A stretch of 64,000 nucleotides of DNA from Novakomyces olei. Its lineage: Eukaryota. The DNA is taken from NCBI GenBank assembly GCA_016906335.1, contig JADEYG010000007.1:2480001-2544000 (forward strand), written 5' to 3'. Position numbers and translations under genes: made by a program. Positions 13,441-26,953 of the stretch are shown in pieces. Within the stretch, counting starts at the first letter, position 1. The number at the start of each line of letters is the position of its first letter. A model generated the notes under the pieces. That model searched no databases and had not been told where the DNA came from. It saw only the letters and a list, made by a program, of their open reading frames with translations.

Positions 13441-14118
13441 ATGAGCTGGCTCTTTGGACAGTTCAAATCGCACGATCAGCGTCGTCCTGCGGGCGAAACC
13501 GCTGCTGATGCAAATGCTTCTCCTTCCGGGCGCGATTTGAGCGAAGCATCAGCACCAGCGACAAATATTCCCATGCCGCCCACGTACAGTTCACAAGACG
13601 CATTAGCGGCGTTAGATCCATCACGGCTTCACCCGCTTGCCGGTCTGGATAAGCCGCTGGATTACTTGATGCTGGAAGACGAGCAGCTGAGCACAGTACC
13701 CGGCGGCAAAAGCTTCCTGCCGTCCCGAGGCTGGAGCGATGATCTGTGCTATGGCACAGGATCAACATACCTTTTGGCTTTGGGCTTAGGAGGAGCCTAC
13801 GGTTTAGCAGAAGGACTTGAAAATACCCGATTTACAAACTCGTCAAAGCTGCGACTCAACGGCGTGCTCAACGCCGTAACCCGGCGTGGGCCATTTTTAG
13901 GTAATTCTGCGGCAGTAGTAGCTATTATCTACAACGGCCTCAATTCAACCTTGGACTACTACCGCGGTCGCCACGACTGGGTTAATTCTGTCGGCGCTGG
14001 TGCACTGGCTGGAGCCCTGTTCAAGAGCACTCGAGGCATAAAGAGTATGGCTATCGCCAGCAGCATCACGGGGTCTGGAGCCGCCGCCTGGTGCTTGCTC
14101 AAGAAGTGGATGCTGTGA
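13441..14118 (+). CDS. TIM23: Mitochondrial inner-membrane translocase subunit Tim23
   Basis: Motifs LHPLAGL, LPSRGWSDDLCYGTG, KLRLNGVLNAVTRRGPFLGNSA and GALFKSTRG. ATG at 13441. Confidence 0.95.
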   Translation: MSWLFGQFKSHDQRRPAGETAADANASPSGRDLSEASAPATNIPMPPTYSSQDALAALDPSRLHPLAGLDKPLDYLMLEDEQLSTVPGGKSFLPSRGWSDDLCYGTGSTYLLALGLGGAYGLAEGLENTRFTNSSKLRLNGVLNAVTRRGPFLGNSAAVVAIIYNGLNSTLDYYRGRHDWVNSVGAGALAGALFKSTRGIKSMAIASSITGSGAAAWCLLKKWML

Positions 14119-14432
14119 TTGGAGGACGGTAGATCCGTAGGCGTTTCATCTCTCTCGGCGCAGTTTTTTTAGGCCAAATGAATATCGAGACTAGTTTTCG
14201 TGAATGCCGTACGTTACGTGCCCCACTGGCACTTGCACAAACACGTAAAACAAAAGAACTGTATGTAGAATAATAAACACACTAATGATTATACAGTATA
14301 CTGAATTTAGCAGATGAGTAAAAGGAATAATGATTAAAGGATAAAGAATAAAGATAAAAAATGAAGATTAAAAACAAAAAAAAAAAGAAAAGAGGAAAAG
14401 AATAATTTAAATATTTAAATCAGAAAGAATAA

Positions 14433-14500
14433 AAAAAATCAAAAAATCAAAAAATCAAAAAATCAAAAAATCAAAAAATCAAAAAATCAAAAAATCAAAA
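14433..14500. repeat. (AAAAAATC)n tandem repeat between TIM23 and ERG10
   Basis: About 8 perfect 8-bp units. Confidence 0.9.
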
Positions 14501-14814
14501 CAATTTAGAAAGCAAGAAGTAAAACCTGTAGATGTAATAGCTGCCGTTACAAAGTGCTTGCTCTGTTTTCTGTGCTATGTTTTCTGTGCTATTTGATGTA
14601 TATGTATAATTGATTACTTTTTAAAATCCTTATGTTAGACGGGATCGATTATATGTGGCAATTTCTGTATGGCCATGACCAAAAAACTGTGAGGATTATA
14701 TTATTACTATTTTATGCAGGTACTTTTATACGCCGTACGAGCACACAGTACTCGACCGTAGTACAAACATGCATGCAGAATGTCTAAAGACCCGTCAAAA
14801 GACCTATATGATGT

Positions 14815-16508
<1,694 letters not shown>

Positions 16509-16656
16509 GATTGAGAGCGATCGACCAACTCGATATCTGATCAATCTGAAAAGATTACTACAACGCCAAAGCAGCTCAGGCTTCTAGTCAGGCGATACCA
16601 GAAAACCCTGGCTAATTAATTCATGGCAAATGAAAGTCCAGCTACAAGTATGTAGG

Positions 16657-16842
16657 GTGTATATATGGTGTATATATGGTGTATATATGGTGTATATGTG
16701 GTGTATATGTGGTGTATATGTGATGTATATGTGATGTATATGTGGTGTATATGTGGTGTATATGTGGTGTATATGTGGTGTATATGTGGTGTATATGGTG
16801 TATATGGTGTATATTTGGTGTATATATATATGGTGTATATAT
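16657..16842. repeat. (GTGTATATG[TG])n 9/11-bp minisatellite upstream of ERG10
   Basis: Direct tandem units; these generate the His/Ile/Tyr-rich spurious ORFs in the track. Confidence 0.9.
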
Positions 16843-17193
16843 GTTGTATGCGTTCGCAGACCGAGGAGGGTACACGTCCCAGCCTTGAAATTACGCTTGC
16901 TTGTGCGGTATGGTACCAGTGTTTGAGAGCCATCGGCACGTTTTCTATTCGAGCTTTGCTCATATGTAGATTGCAAGATTCTCGTATTGGACAGTGTTAC
17001 ACAGACATTTAGGTGTGTATTATAGTGTGTAAAGTCGGCCTTACCAAACGCGTGTGTCAAGGCGCTCATGTTTTCTCACAAAAATGGAGCCTAGCTCCTG
17101 CGTCGTCTCGTTGTAAAGTATAAATTAAAGTAAAAAAGTGGCAGATCACACAGTATTGTACGGGTTCTCCACTCGCACCCAACTCGGACGCCG

Positions 17194-17203
17194 CCTAAAA
17201 TGG
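17194..17203. promoter_or_regulatory. CArG box CC(A/T)6GG upstream of the MADS-box gene
   Basis: CCTAAAATGG lies about 400 bp upstream of the proposed ATG. Confidence 0.4.
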
Positions 17204-17596
17204 GCATGCTAAGCACAATGTACGCATACCGCCAGGCTTACGTACTCCAGGTATAGCGAGATTACTTGGTGTGCGACTTTTACAGTGTATGAAACCTTAT
17301 TATGTAAGTGCCCTGTGCACGATTCGACTGAGAATTGTAGTTTCTACATACATTAATCTCCATCATACTTGAAATTTACAAGTATAATTCGCACGCAAAA
17401 GGAAATACTGGATCGAGGCACCTAAACAACCGTTGATCCACACCCGCGCGCGTTTCTCTTTAGCGATTGTGCTACGACAGCTGCAACTGTCGTCACTGAA
17501 GCGTGTTTGATCGCAATCAGAAAGCGCTTTTGAGTTGGTTTTTCGCGCTTTTGACGTGCAGTCTCACCCAAAGCGCACTTTGCTCTGCCTGCAAAA

Positions 17597-19766
17597 ATGC
17601 CCCCAAAGTAGGACCAACCCCCTCTTGAATTGCTTCTTATTTATTATTTTTTATTATTTTTATCATTTTTATCGTTTTTGTCTATGAGGTGCTGCTCAGC
17701 GAATGTGGGCGTGCTCGTGCGCTTGCATGGCTACTCGTGCCCAGCATGATCCTTAAAACCAGGCAGTGAATGGTTCAGCAAAGTTTCATGTGTCAAGTTT
17801 CCCGTTTCAGTGCCCGCCTTTCCAGAATACTGCCTTTACCAGAGCCTATTGTGCGCCCTCGGCAACCCCAATTTGGGCAGAAGAGACTAAAAAGGTCCCG
17901 ATGGCTATCAGTTTGTTACATAAGGCTATCCATGATTGCGTGTCAAGACTATTATTCTACTAACCTGCTGCTGCCTATGCTATATGCTCGCTGTGGCGCA
18001 TTGCCTATTTTCCCCTGAATCTTAGTTTATTGTTTTGTTTTTTCATTATAATTTATGTACGATCTGGTGTTGATGATTTATATTTTTATTGCACATTTTA
18101 TACGAAGTGTTTAATATACAATATATAAGTATGGATTATATTTTATTGTGGTGACTGAAAAATTTTGCGCCAGCTTCTTGCAAAGTCGGTTTGAGATTCC
18201 GTCTACTATTCTATTTTGTAGTTGTTTCAAATGTTGCTGTGAATTGTCAAATTGTCGGAGGCACTTTATGATCTAACCTCGAAATTTTGGCGCTATCGTG
18301 CTTTGCCGCTTCTGCATCTTATCATTTCCTCTTTGGCACTGTTCCTTTTAATTCGACAATATTCTGTATTACCTTTTCCACCTTATTTTTTTTTCTTACA
18401 CTTTACAAAATTTTACTGATATACTCTTTTCATTTGTTGATTACTTGAAATTATTACTTGGTTTTTCTCAACGTTTAATATTATGAGGAACATTATTATC
18501 ATACTGATAATTTCGCTTGTTTTAATCTCTAATTACGTATTACGATTGCCTTTTTGTATTTTTTTTTTGGTTCGCGTGCATTTCGCTACCGCACAGCCAT
18601 TGCATTTATTGAACAGGTCATAATGTGGCTGTTTTCGACTTACGGGCACCAATGGAACTTGACTGACGAAACTTGACTAACAGAACTTGATTATGCCAAC
18701 CAAATCTAATTCAATTATTTGTTTTATCTTAATTTCTATTTTATACTCTATTTTTATTTTCTACTTTAGTTTTAATTTTATTTTAGTTTATTCTCTATTG
18801 CAAATTTCTTTTTAGCTCTTACCCACAGCTACAAAATCAATACTAACAACTAGGCGAGGAGCAACTGATGCGGGCATTGACCCCGAGGGCGACCGGAAAA
18901 GGTCTTACGATCTAGCGGGCTTAAATCATCCTGATCAGGCTGGAGCAGGCCCATCTGATCACGGGCATGGAGGAAATGCCCCGCCTCAAGCAGGTGGCCG
19001 TCAAGCTCATCAAGAAGACGATGACGATGATGAAAACACTGGAGGCAAAGAGCGCCGTAAGATCGAGATTAGATTCATCGAAGATAAAGGCCGTCGCCAC
19101 ATCACTTTTTCGAAACGAAAAGCTGGAATTATGAAGAAGGCTTACGAGCTTTCTGTGCTGACAGGTACTCAAGTATTGTTGCTAGTGGTGTCCGAGACTG
19201 GGCTTGTATATACTTTTACCACACCAAAACTTCAGCCGCTGGTAACCAAGCCGGAGGGCAAGAACCTGATCCAAACATGCTTGAACACTCCAGACGCTGG
19301 ACCCGATGAGGGAGAAGGAGAAGGCGATGAGGAGGATATGGCTAATGCAGCAGCGGCCGCTGCTGCTGCTGCAAATGCTCAAGCTTTAAGAGGCCGACAG
19401 CCCTCGCAGGCAATTCATCCGTCACAGCAATTACCACAGCATGCTGGTCTGCCTCACCATCCAATGCACCCTCAACTGGGCCCTGGAGTTGCTCAAAGCC
19501 AGCATCAGCAGCACCAGCAACAACAAGCAGCCGCCGCTGCTGCCCAGCAGCATCGGCCTACAATGGGGATTCCAGGCATGGGAATGGCGGGCCTGCCTCC
19601 TTATATGTCTCCGGAACAGGCAGCCGCTTACCAGCAGTACCAGTACTTGCAGGGCCAAGCTGCTGTTGCCCAGCAACGTTCTGGAATGATGCCCCAGCAG
19701 GGAATACCTAATTTGCCGCCCCATCTTGGTGGACTACATCACCCGGATTCTAAAGATCTCAAGTAG
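17597..19766 (+). CDS. MCM1: SRF-type MADS-box transcription factor (Mcm1-like) with an 11-nt first coding exon and a 1246-nt intron
   Basis: MADS box ERRKIEIRFIEDKGRRHITFSKRKAGIMKKAYELSVLTGTQVLLLVVSETGLVYTF and KPEGKNLIQTCLN, followed by a Q/A-rich tail. Exon 2 starts at 18854 after TACTAACAACTAG with no in-frame ATG before the MADS box. ATGCCCCCAAA|GTAGGA (17597-17607) supplies MPPK|RG in the correct phase. Exon 1 is inferred. Confidence 0.85.
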
Positions 19767-20974
19767 GGACAGCTGCTCTTTTTAAATATGAAAATTAATC
19801 GAACTCGATTGAATTTAAATGGACTGAATTGGATTCGTTTGCAATTTAAATAATCATCTTTGGGCCAGATTTTTTTAAATTGAGTTAAATTTGATTGTGA
19901 TTTATTACGTTTGCCTCTATGCTACATGCATTACTGCGCTTTGTTAAATATTCTGGTTCTGGACTTATCCTCTTAATCTGAAAGCAGTGCTGCTACTGCA
20001 CTTTGTATTGGTACTGTTTCTATTGTTGCTTTCGGCCCTGCTACAGATTTGTTTTGGTCACTCGGACGCAGATAGTTTGGATGGATAATGTTCTTGAATG
20101 GCGCCATTAGGCCATGGATCAGACTGCAAGTATATCGGTCCAGCAAACACTATCTTTATTCGAAGTCGATTGTGTCAGGCTAACAAGGCAGACGCGTTGT
20201 TATCAAAAGGCTTTTTTTGTTCTTTTCCTTTTCTTTAATATACTTTTACTCCGCTTTAATTGATTATCTTTTGTTCTAATTTATTTTATTTTAATTTAAT
20301 TTACTTATTTAATTTATTCAATTTTATTCTTTTATATTATATTATCTTTTATGATATTCTAACCCTCTTTTCTTCTCTCTTTTTCAATTTCGATTAGTAC
20401 ATTAATTCAAAAAAGAAATATACGTCAAGAATAATAAAAGACGAAGAGGTGGGCCAGGTACACGATTTACTATATGTATGTAAAAGTTGCCGCTGCCTCT
20501 AGAGTGTACGCCCGCCCTTTGGCGGATATCCTTGTTCCATTCCTGGAGAGTGGTGCCCCAATGTCTTCGTACTTATTTCGAGGAGCGTTGTGTTTTTGTT
20601 GTTGCCCCGTGGCGTGTTGATTTGTTGTGCTAACATTTTCTCTATAGTAAGTTTTTTACATAATATTAGTCAAACAGTGCTGCAATTTAATTTAGTCCGT
20701 GCCCATGTATTCGTAGATTATTCTGCAAGGCCATGGAGTAGAAGAGACTTTCCATCTAAAACTATTATACAAGAATTTCAGTAGTGTAGGTTTAAAGTAA
20801 GAAACAATCACGGTACATTTAGACAGCTCATATTCATCTTTTCTCTGTACAAATCATGTCGCGAGTCTGCCATGATTAGAGACTTTTTAATAATTCGATT
20901 CTATTTATAACTATCCCACATGTTAATCTAGTCCTAAACCTCTGATGCAATATGTTCCGCAAACAGACAAGCAA

Positions 20975-21218
20975 CAAACAAACAAACAAACAAACAAACA
21001 AACAAACAAACAAACAAACAAACAAACAAACAAACAAACAAACAAACAAACAAACAAACAAACAAACAAACAAACAAACAAACAAACAAACAAACAAACA
21101 AACAAACAAACAAACAAACAAACAAACAAACAAACAAACAAACAAACAAACAAACAAACAAACAAACAAACAAACAAACAAACAAACAAACAAACAAACA
21201 AACAAACAAACAAACAAA
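20975..21218. repeat. Perfect (CAAA)61 microsatellite
   Basis: 244 bp uninterrupted, ending about 20 bp past the stop codon of the minus-strand NIPA-like gene. Confidence 0.97.
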
Positions 21219-21238
21219 TCTAGTTCTATTCGTTCAGC

Positions 21239-23032
21239 CTACAGTTCATCAACATTAGCCAGTTGCTGTCCTGCAGTCCTTCGAGTAACTCTTGTGGCAG
21301 AATCAGAAACAGGCGAGTCGGGAGGACAGTCGTACAAGTCGCCGAGCACTTTACTCCGCTCAAGTTCACTGTCATCCCGAGTCGAGGTAAATAGTCCCCT
21401 CAAAAATCGTTGCCTTTCCCATCCCACCGATCGGTCAGATTCGGCTGTTGCCGCCTGTGGCGAATTCCCCCCCACAGAAACCGATCGCAGTCTTCCATTG
21501 GTGCTACCATACCCTCCGACCCGCTTACTCCAACGCTGGTTTACCCACGTATTTCGGTTAATCCAACGCCGGTTTACCCAATTATCCCGATTCGTCCATT
21601 GATGATTACGTACTTTTTGCCGCCATAAAAGAGGCCGCCACGAGCTTTCAATACTGTTATCTCCGCCACCGTGATCACTATCGGCAAAAATAGGACTTTG
21701 TGGAGAAGGAGAAGCGTCTCCACGGGTATACGACATTGCACCATTAACAGCGGCAGTCACTACAGCAATTTCCTCGGCTGCTTCAGCTGAATTTGATTGC
21801 TCAATTTTCCAGGAAAGAGTGAAAACCCCTGCAAGCAAAAGACAGGCTCCGACGAGTACAAGGGCAATGCTCTTGCGTGTGAAAAGATGATACTGCCGGT
21901 AATAAATAACGCTGGCCACAATACCCACTATATTATATACACAAAATACGAGCGGGTAAAGCACGCTTGTAGAGAGCAGGCGAAGACCTTTATTAAGGAA
22001 GTATAATTGTAGTAAGGCCAAAGCAACGACGCTAAGGCAAATCACCCAGCTTTGCCAGTGTCGGAACTGGTTCGCCCGCTCAACAAATGTACTGACAACG
22101 AGCTCAACTGCGAGTTTTGCTAATAACAGCGAGTGCCCGCTCATTGTACCGGAAACGATTCCAAAAAGTACTCCACGGCCGCTTCTTAACCGGGACCGTT
22201 TCCGGCTATTCATATTGCTGTTGTTAAAACTATTAATGTTGACATATTCATTATTGTTATTCGTGTTGATGTTGCCTTTATTTGCCGTGTAATAAAAGAC
22301 GCGTTCAGTAAAGAGCAAAAGGGCCACAATGCTCAGCTGTACAGACAGCCATGCGACAAAAGCAGGCCGTGAAAAAAGCTTTAGTAGCATGTTCAAATCG
22401 TGAGTAGACTCCGGCACTACCCCAAAGGCAGCCACCATAGCAGCTCCACTGCTTGTAAAGATTGTTCCCAATGCTGAAAGAAGCGTAAAGGGTTCGCCTA
22501 GTAAAACAGAGGCCAGAATAACATTAAATATTAGACCGACTGCGTGCAGTGGAGCCAGTACGATTAGAGGCAACATGGCAATTTGGGCGGTAGAGCCAAA
22601 GACATTGGAAAGTACGAAAATACAAAGACCCCACCGCCATCTTCGCCGGCGCCAAGGTTTACGCGCATAAACGCGTCCTTCTTCCAAGACGTGTGATTGA
22701 CGTTGAAGAGTTAAGCCTAAGAAAGTTAGAATTGAATCGAGGAAACAAGAAAAGAATGAAACAATGAAAATTATAATAAAAATAAAAAATAAAAAATTGA
22801 AAAAGAATGGAGCAATAAATTTTAATAAAAATTAATAAAAATAAAAATAAAATAATAAAGATAATAATAGTAATAGAAACGTTACAGGAAACAAGAGAAG
22901 GACCGGCAGTAAGAAAGACATTCTACAAAACAAACGGAATCGCAATTGGCTCTTACCTAGAGACTGAATAAAAGATGAAAGGACTCCGACAATGCAGCCG
23001 ATGCCGATGATGGACAGATTGGACGGTGCCAT
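21239..23032 (-). CDS. NIPA/DUF803-type magnesium-transporter-like membrane protein, 2 exons
   Basis: Sequence IGCIVGVLSSFIQSL|GLTLQRQSH...WRRRRWRWG..IF..SNVFGS, plus LPLIVLAPL, LLLAKLAVEL and LRLLSTSVLYPLVFCVYN. Intron at ~22957-22718. Confidence 0.85.
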
Positions 23033-23607
23033 TATAAGACGGTGCTTTGCGTTTGCCCTGTCTTAATTTGAAATTGACTTCGGAAAAAAGCAGTCTGTTC
23101 AGGTTCCTTGTCGTGAAATTTTTTCCCTGAAAAACGCGTCATGCCTGGACGGCCGGGTCGCGTTTATCGTTTGCTGCCGTTGTTGGCACACGTACAAGTC
23201 AATAATATTCCAATATTACACATATTATATTATAATATATAAAGGTAATTTCGTGCCGAAATATTCTGTTGGACCATAATTATTCTACACGTTTATCATA
23301 TGCTCAGCATCATTAGGGTTATGCCACTTGTCACATACATATATATACATATATTATATGTACGACTTAGATTTTATCTCTTATATGATTGATAGGTACT
23401 CCAAATGGAACGCTACTTACACAGACGGGTACCCGTCTAAATCTCCAATCTTACGTAATAATAGTGTATGGCTTCCTGATTAAATCACAGGATTGGAAAC
23501 GAGATCAAATTGGCCGCTCGTTTAAGTCTCAAATAGTGCAATAAACCTCAAAAGCACTGAGACCAGCTCCAATGACGAAACGCAAAACTGTCTAGTGCAA
23601 TTCTGTG

Positions 23608-24869
23608 ATGGTACTTTACTCCTTTCCCTGTGCTCATTCGTCTTTTTTCATCATTTTCTAACTTCATTCAAGGACAATGGCACACCAGGCCGTACACCTA
23701 ATGCACGCGAAGCCGCGCTGGCAGGAGCAGCAGCCGGGCTTATTTCAAGAATTGTGATTACTCCGTTTGATGTGGTCAAAATTCGTATGCAGCTCGAGCC
23801 GCAGATGCGCAGTAATTTACCCAAGCAAGGGAATTCAATGACTCTTAAAGTTGTCAAACAATTGTACACAAATGAGGGCATTCGAGGCTTTTTCAAAGGA
23901 AATTTGGCAGCTTGTGTAATGTATGTCCTCTATGGATCCACCCAGTTTGCTCTGTATAATGATGCAAAACAGCGACTCTCAAAAATTTGGACTGATGGAC
24001 CTTCCACCAATTTCTGCGCAGGCGCTATTGCAGGGATATCTGCAACTCTAGTCTCTTATCCTTTTGATTTGTTTCGGACACGATTCGTCGCACAAAGCTT
24101 GAAAAGAAAGGTGGGTTAAGAATTTGATTTTTTGCCTTTTCTTTTTGTTCTTTCTTTCTGGCTTTTTGCTTTTCATTATATTAATGTTCCAGGTCTATCA
24201 TTCGCTCGGCCATGCTATTGCAAATGTTTACGCAAAAGAGGGCGTACGAGGCTTTTATAGAGGCTCATTGAGTGCTGTAACTCAGGTGGCGCCTTACATG
24301 TATGTCTCACTGCCCTTTATTTTCATCTAGATCCCTTTTAATCTAGATCACTTTTTTATATTCTTTTTACATACGTTATATAAACTCTTATTAATATACA
24401 AAAACCAGGGGGTTGATATTTACGAGCTACGAGGGTACGATGTCTCTAATCCGAACACGGTTGCCGCATGTGTCAGAAGGCAACGCGGCATTTCTTTCCG
24501 GGCTAGTGTCTGGAGTTGTTTCCAAGGCAATTGTATTTCCGATTGATACAGTACGAAAAAGACTGCAAGTTCAAGGGCCTACGCTAGGCAGTTATGAAGT
24601 TCAGAATATTCCAGTGTACAAGAATTCTTTTGATGCAGCTTATTCCATCTTTAGAAAGGAGGGAATACGCCGTCTCTACGCCGGACTCCTACTTAGTCTG
24701 ATGAAATCTGCCCCAAATGCGTAAGTATTTATTGCTCACTTTATGGGCCGTTTATTCAGCAAGAGTATTTTGCCATTTTTATTTTTCAACGCTGACGAAA
24801 AGTGCGGTTACACTGTGGGCTTATGATCAGAGTGTTCAAATTATCCAAAAGACCAATGCTCTAGGCTGA
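23608..24869 (+). CDS. TPC1: Mitochondrial thiamine pyrophosphate carrier (MCF), 5 exons; start codon uncertain (23608 or 23572)
   Basis: Three carrier repeats (PFDVVKIRMQL, YPFDLFRTRF, FPIDTVRKRLQVQGP), plus EGIRGFFKGN and KSAPNA|AVTLWAY. Confidence 0.85.
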
Positions 24870-25358
24870 GCAAGATTGAAGCAAAATCTTGTAAAGGGAA
24901 TGGATATTTGGTGCGCACCAATTGTTTTTGATTATTCAATTTTGTCATCAACACTGCACTCTATAAATACACGATCGCCTTCTCAGCATTGGACAAGCTT
25001 GCATTTGTCTATATCTTACGCTGATATTTGATAATACAATCAAGTCGAGTTCATATGTATCTAGTCAATTTCCAAGCGCGATATGGACTAATACACACCT
25101 GTTTAATAATAGCAGCCTGTACGGCTAGCTTTCGGCTGTCTCCGCATCGCCCGTCGGCCATCATCTGGTTTCGTGCTTGTCATTATTTTAAACTGTATCA
25201 GTATATTTGAACCCAAACTATTTCCTTTACCATTATATATGTAACAAGTATGATTAAGAAATTTACAAGAGTCATAGAGAGCGGTAATGGTGCCGTTCCT
25301 TCATAAATTGGTCATATTTTATCTATTTCAGATATACTACCTATCTACAGTCTATCCT

Positions 25359-26468
25359 TCACGGCCGCGACGCTACCCATCGTTTTAAAGCAAATTCTCG
25401 TACACTGTATAGCCGTAAACAGTCTTCAACGCCTCCACCTTGATCCAGTACACGACGCAGCTCTTCGTCTTTTGGCACATAAACAAAGCACAGGATCAGG
25501 GTTTTCCTCACCTGAGTCTGGACGCGGTGGGTAGCGTGTAATAGCGGCCAGGACTCTTGATCAAAGGGTTCGCCTGACCCGGACGGCTTGACTACCACCG
25601 AATACTCTGCGTGAGCAAAAACGGGCCCCCGGCGGTAAAGCAAATAGTCTACACCAAATTTTATACCGTCACGAACAACCCAGCCAAGCGATCGGTAATA
25701 GTGGTAGGCGACGTAGTGTAACATGAACGGATTATCTGCCCGCTCTTGGCCCGCTGTGGCCCCCACTTGACTGCCCCCCACTTGCAAGAGCGCTCGAAAA
25801 GGTAGTCCTCCTTGCACATTTAAACACCCTACGAAATACGAAAGAAACAGGGCTTCCTGCAATGTCAACTGCAACTCTTCCCGCCCATTTGCCTGCGGAT
25901 CTTTGTTTCTTTCATCTGTCCCATCAACCTCGACAAACGATTCTTTTGCAAACGCTTCTTTTGCAAACGCTTCTTTTGCAACCGCTTCTTTTGCAAACGA
26001 TTCTGTTTCGTGCCCTGCCACTGGTAAAGGCAGCAGTTTAGCAATCTCATCGGCCCTTCCTTCCAGTCTTAAAGTCTGCTCCAATTGCTCCCGTTCTCTG
26101 AGAGCTCGTTGCTGTTTGAAAACGGAACGCTGCTGCCGCCGCTGCCGAGTAACCTCTTCTGCACTGACGTCATCGCCTGTGCCTCGGCGCCGATGGTACG
26201 TGGGCTCACTGCGGCTCAATGTGCCTGTGCCAAAAAAGCCACAGCGCCACAACGCCATCATCGCGTCCAGATCGCTGACGAAAACGGCGCCACGCGACGC
26301 GTCATACATAGCCGGATACACGCGCTCACGTGGCGGTGCGAGTGGAAAAAGCCAGCGGTACACATAGTGCAGCACTGACAGAGGATTGTGTGGAACTATT
26401 GCAGGCAGCTGCGGCGAAAGGTTTATAGGCAATGCATCTGTGTATAAAGCCGCCCGACCTTTGCTCAT
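25359..26468 (-). CDS. SEN2: tRNA-splicing endonuclease catalytic subunit Sen2
   Basis: Motifs PHNPLS, LW..GFFG.G.LSRSEPT, ELQLT.QEA.FL and YVAYHYYRSLGWVVRDGIKFGVDYLLYRRGPVFAHAE. First ATG at 26468. Confidence 0.93.
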   Translation of the reverse strand: MSKGRAALYTDALPINLSPQLPAIVPHNPLSVLHYVYRWLFPLAPPRERVYPAMYDASRGAVFVSDLDAMMALWRCGFFGTGTLSRSEPTYHRRRGTGDDVSAEEVTRQRRQQRSVFKQQRALREREQLEQTLRLEGRADEIAKLLPLPVAGHETESFAKEAVAKEAFAKEAFAKESFVEVDGTDERNKDPQANGREELQLTLQEALFLSYFVGCLNVQGGLPFRALLQVGGSQVGATAGQERADNPFMLHYVAYHYYRSLGWVVRDGIKFGVDYLLYRRGPVFAHAEYSVVVKPSGSGEPFDQESWPLLHATHRVQTQVRKTLILCFVYVPKDEELRRVLDQGGGVEDCLRLYSVREFALKRWVASRP

Positions 26469-26953
26469 AGATATTCGGCAAATTTCCACCAACAGAGAAT
26501 CGGGCCGATCGATGCTTTGTGCTCTGTGTGCTCGACGCGGCGATCAAGGCCCAACGCCAATAACTCGAGAGTGAAATTGACTCGTGATATTCTTTTATTT
26601 ATTTATTTATTAAACAATTAAATATAATAATTAATTATAATAGTATTTTTTTTTAATTTATAGAATCATGCTGAAATTTATCGAGTTTTAGTATGTGCGC
26701 TACATGATTCGGATCTTTTGCCAGTCAATTATTATTGCGTCTTTTTCTGTATAATCGTTCCATTAACTGTAGTAAAATTGGATTTAGCGGCCAGTCTTTC
26801 TTGCTACGCTGCTTGATTTTTATTACTCATATACTACTCTTATAATATCCATTTACTTTAACATTTATATAATATTCATATGCTATTGTCGAGTATTATT
26901 GTACAAATCAAGCGGAATACAAACGACCCGGATTCACTGCAACATCTTTGAAA

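Noticed and set aside
16584..17069. His/Ile/Tyr-rich ORFs
   Set aside because: They are translations of the GTGTATATG minisatellite.
18071..18159. Possible C/D snoRNA in the MADS intron (TGATGA...CTGA)
   Set aside because: It is very AT-rich, with no terminal stem and no recognisable rRNA-antisense guide.
20876..21602. FVCL and TNKQ repeat ORFs
   Set aside because: They are translations of the (CAAA)n tract.
23400..23672. TPP riboswitch upstream of TPC1
   Set aside because: Only a lone CTGAGA is present; the TGAT...TAAT...GCG half of the aptamer is not seen.
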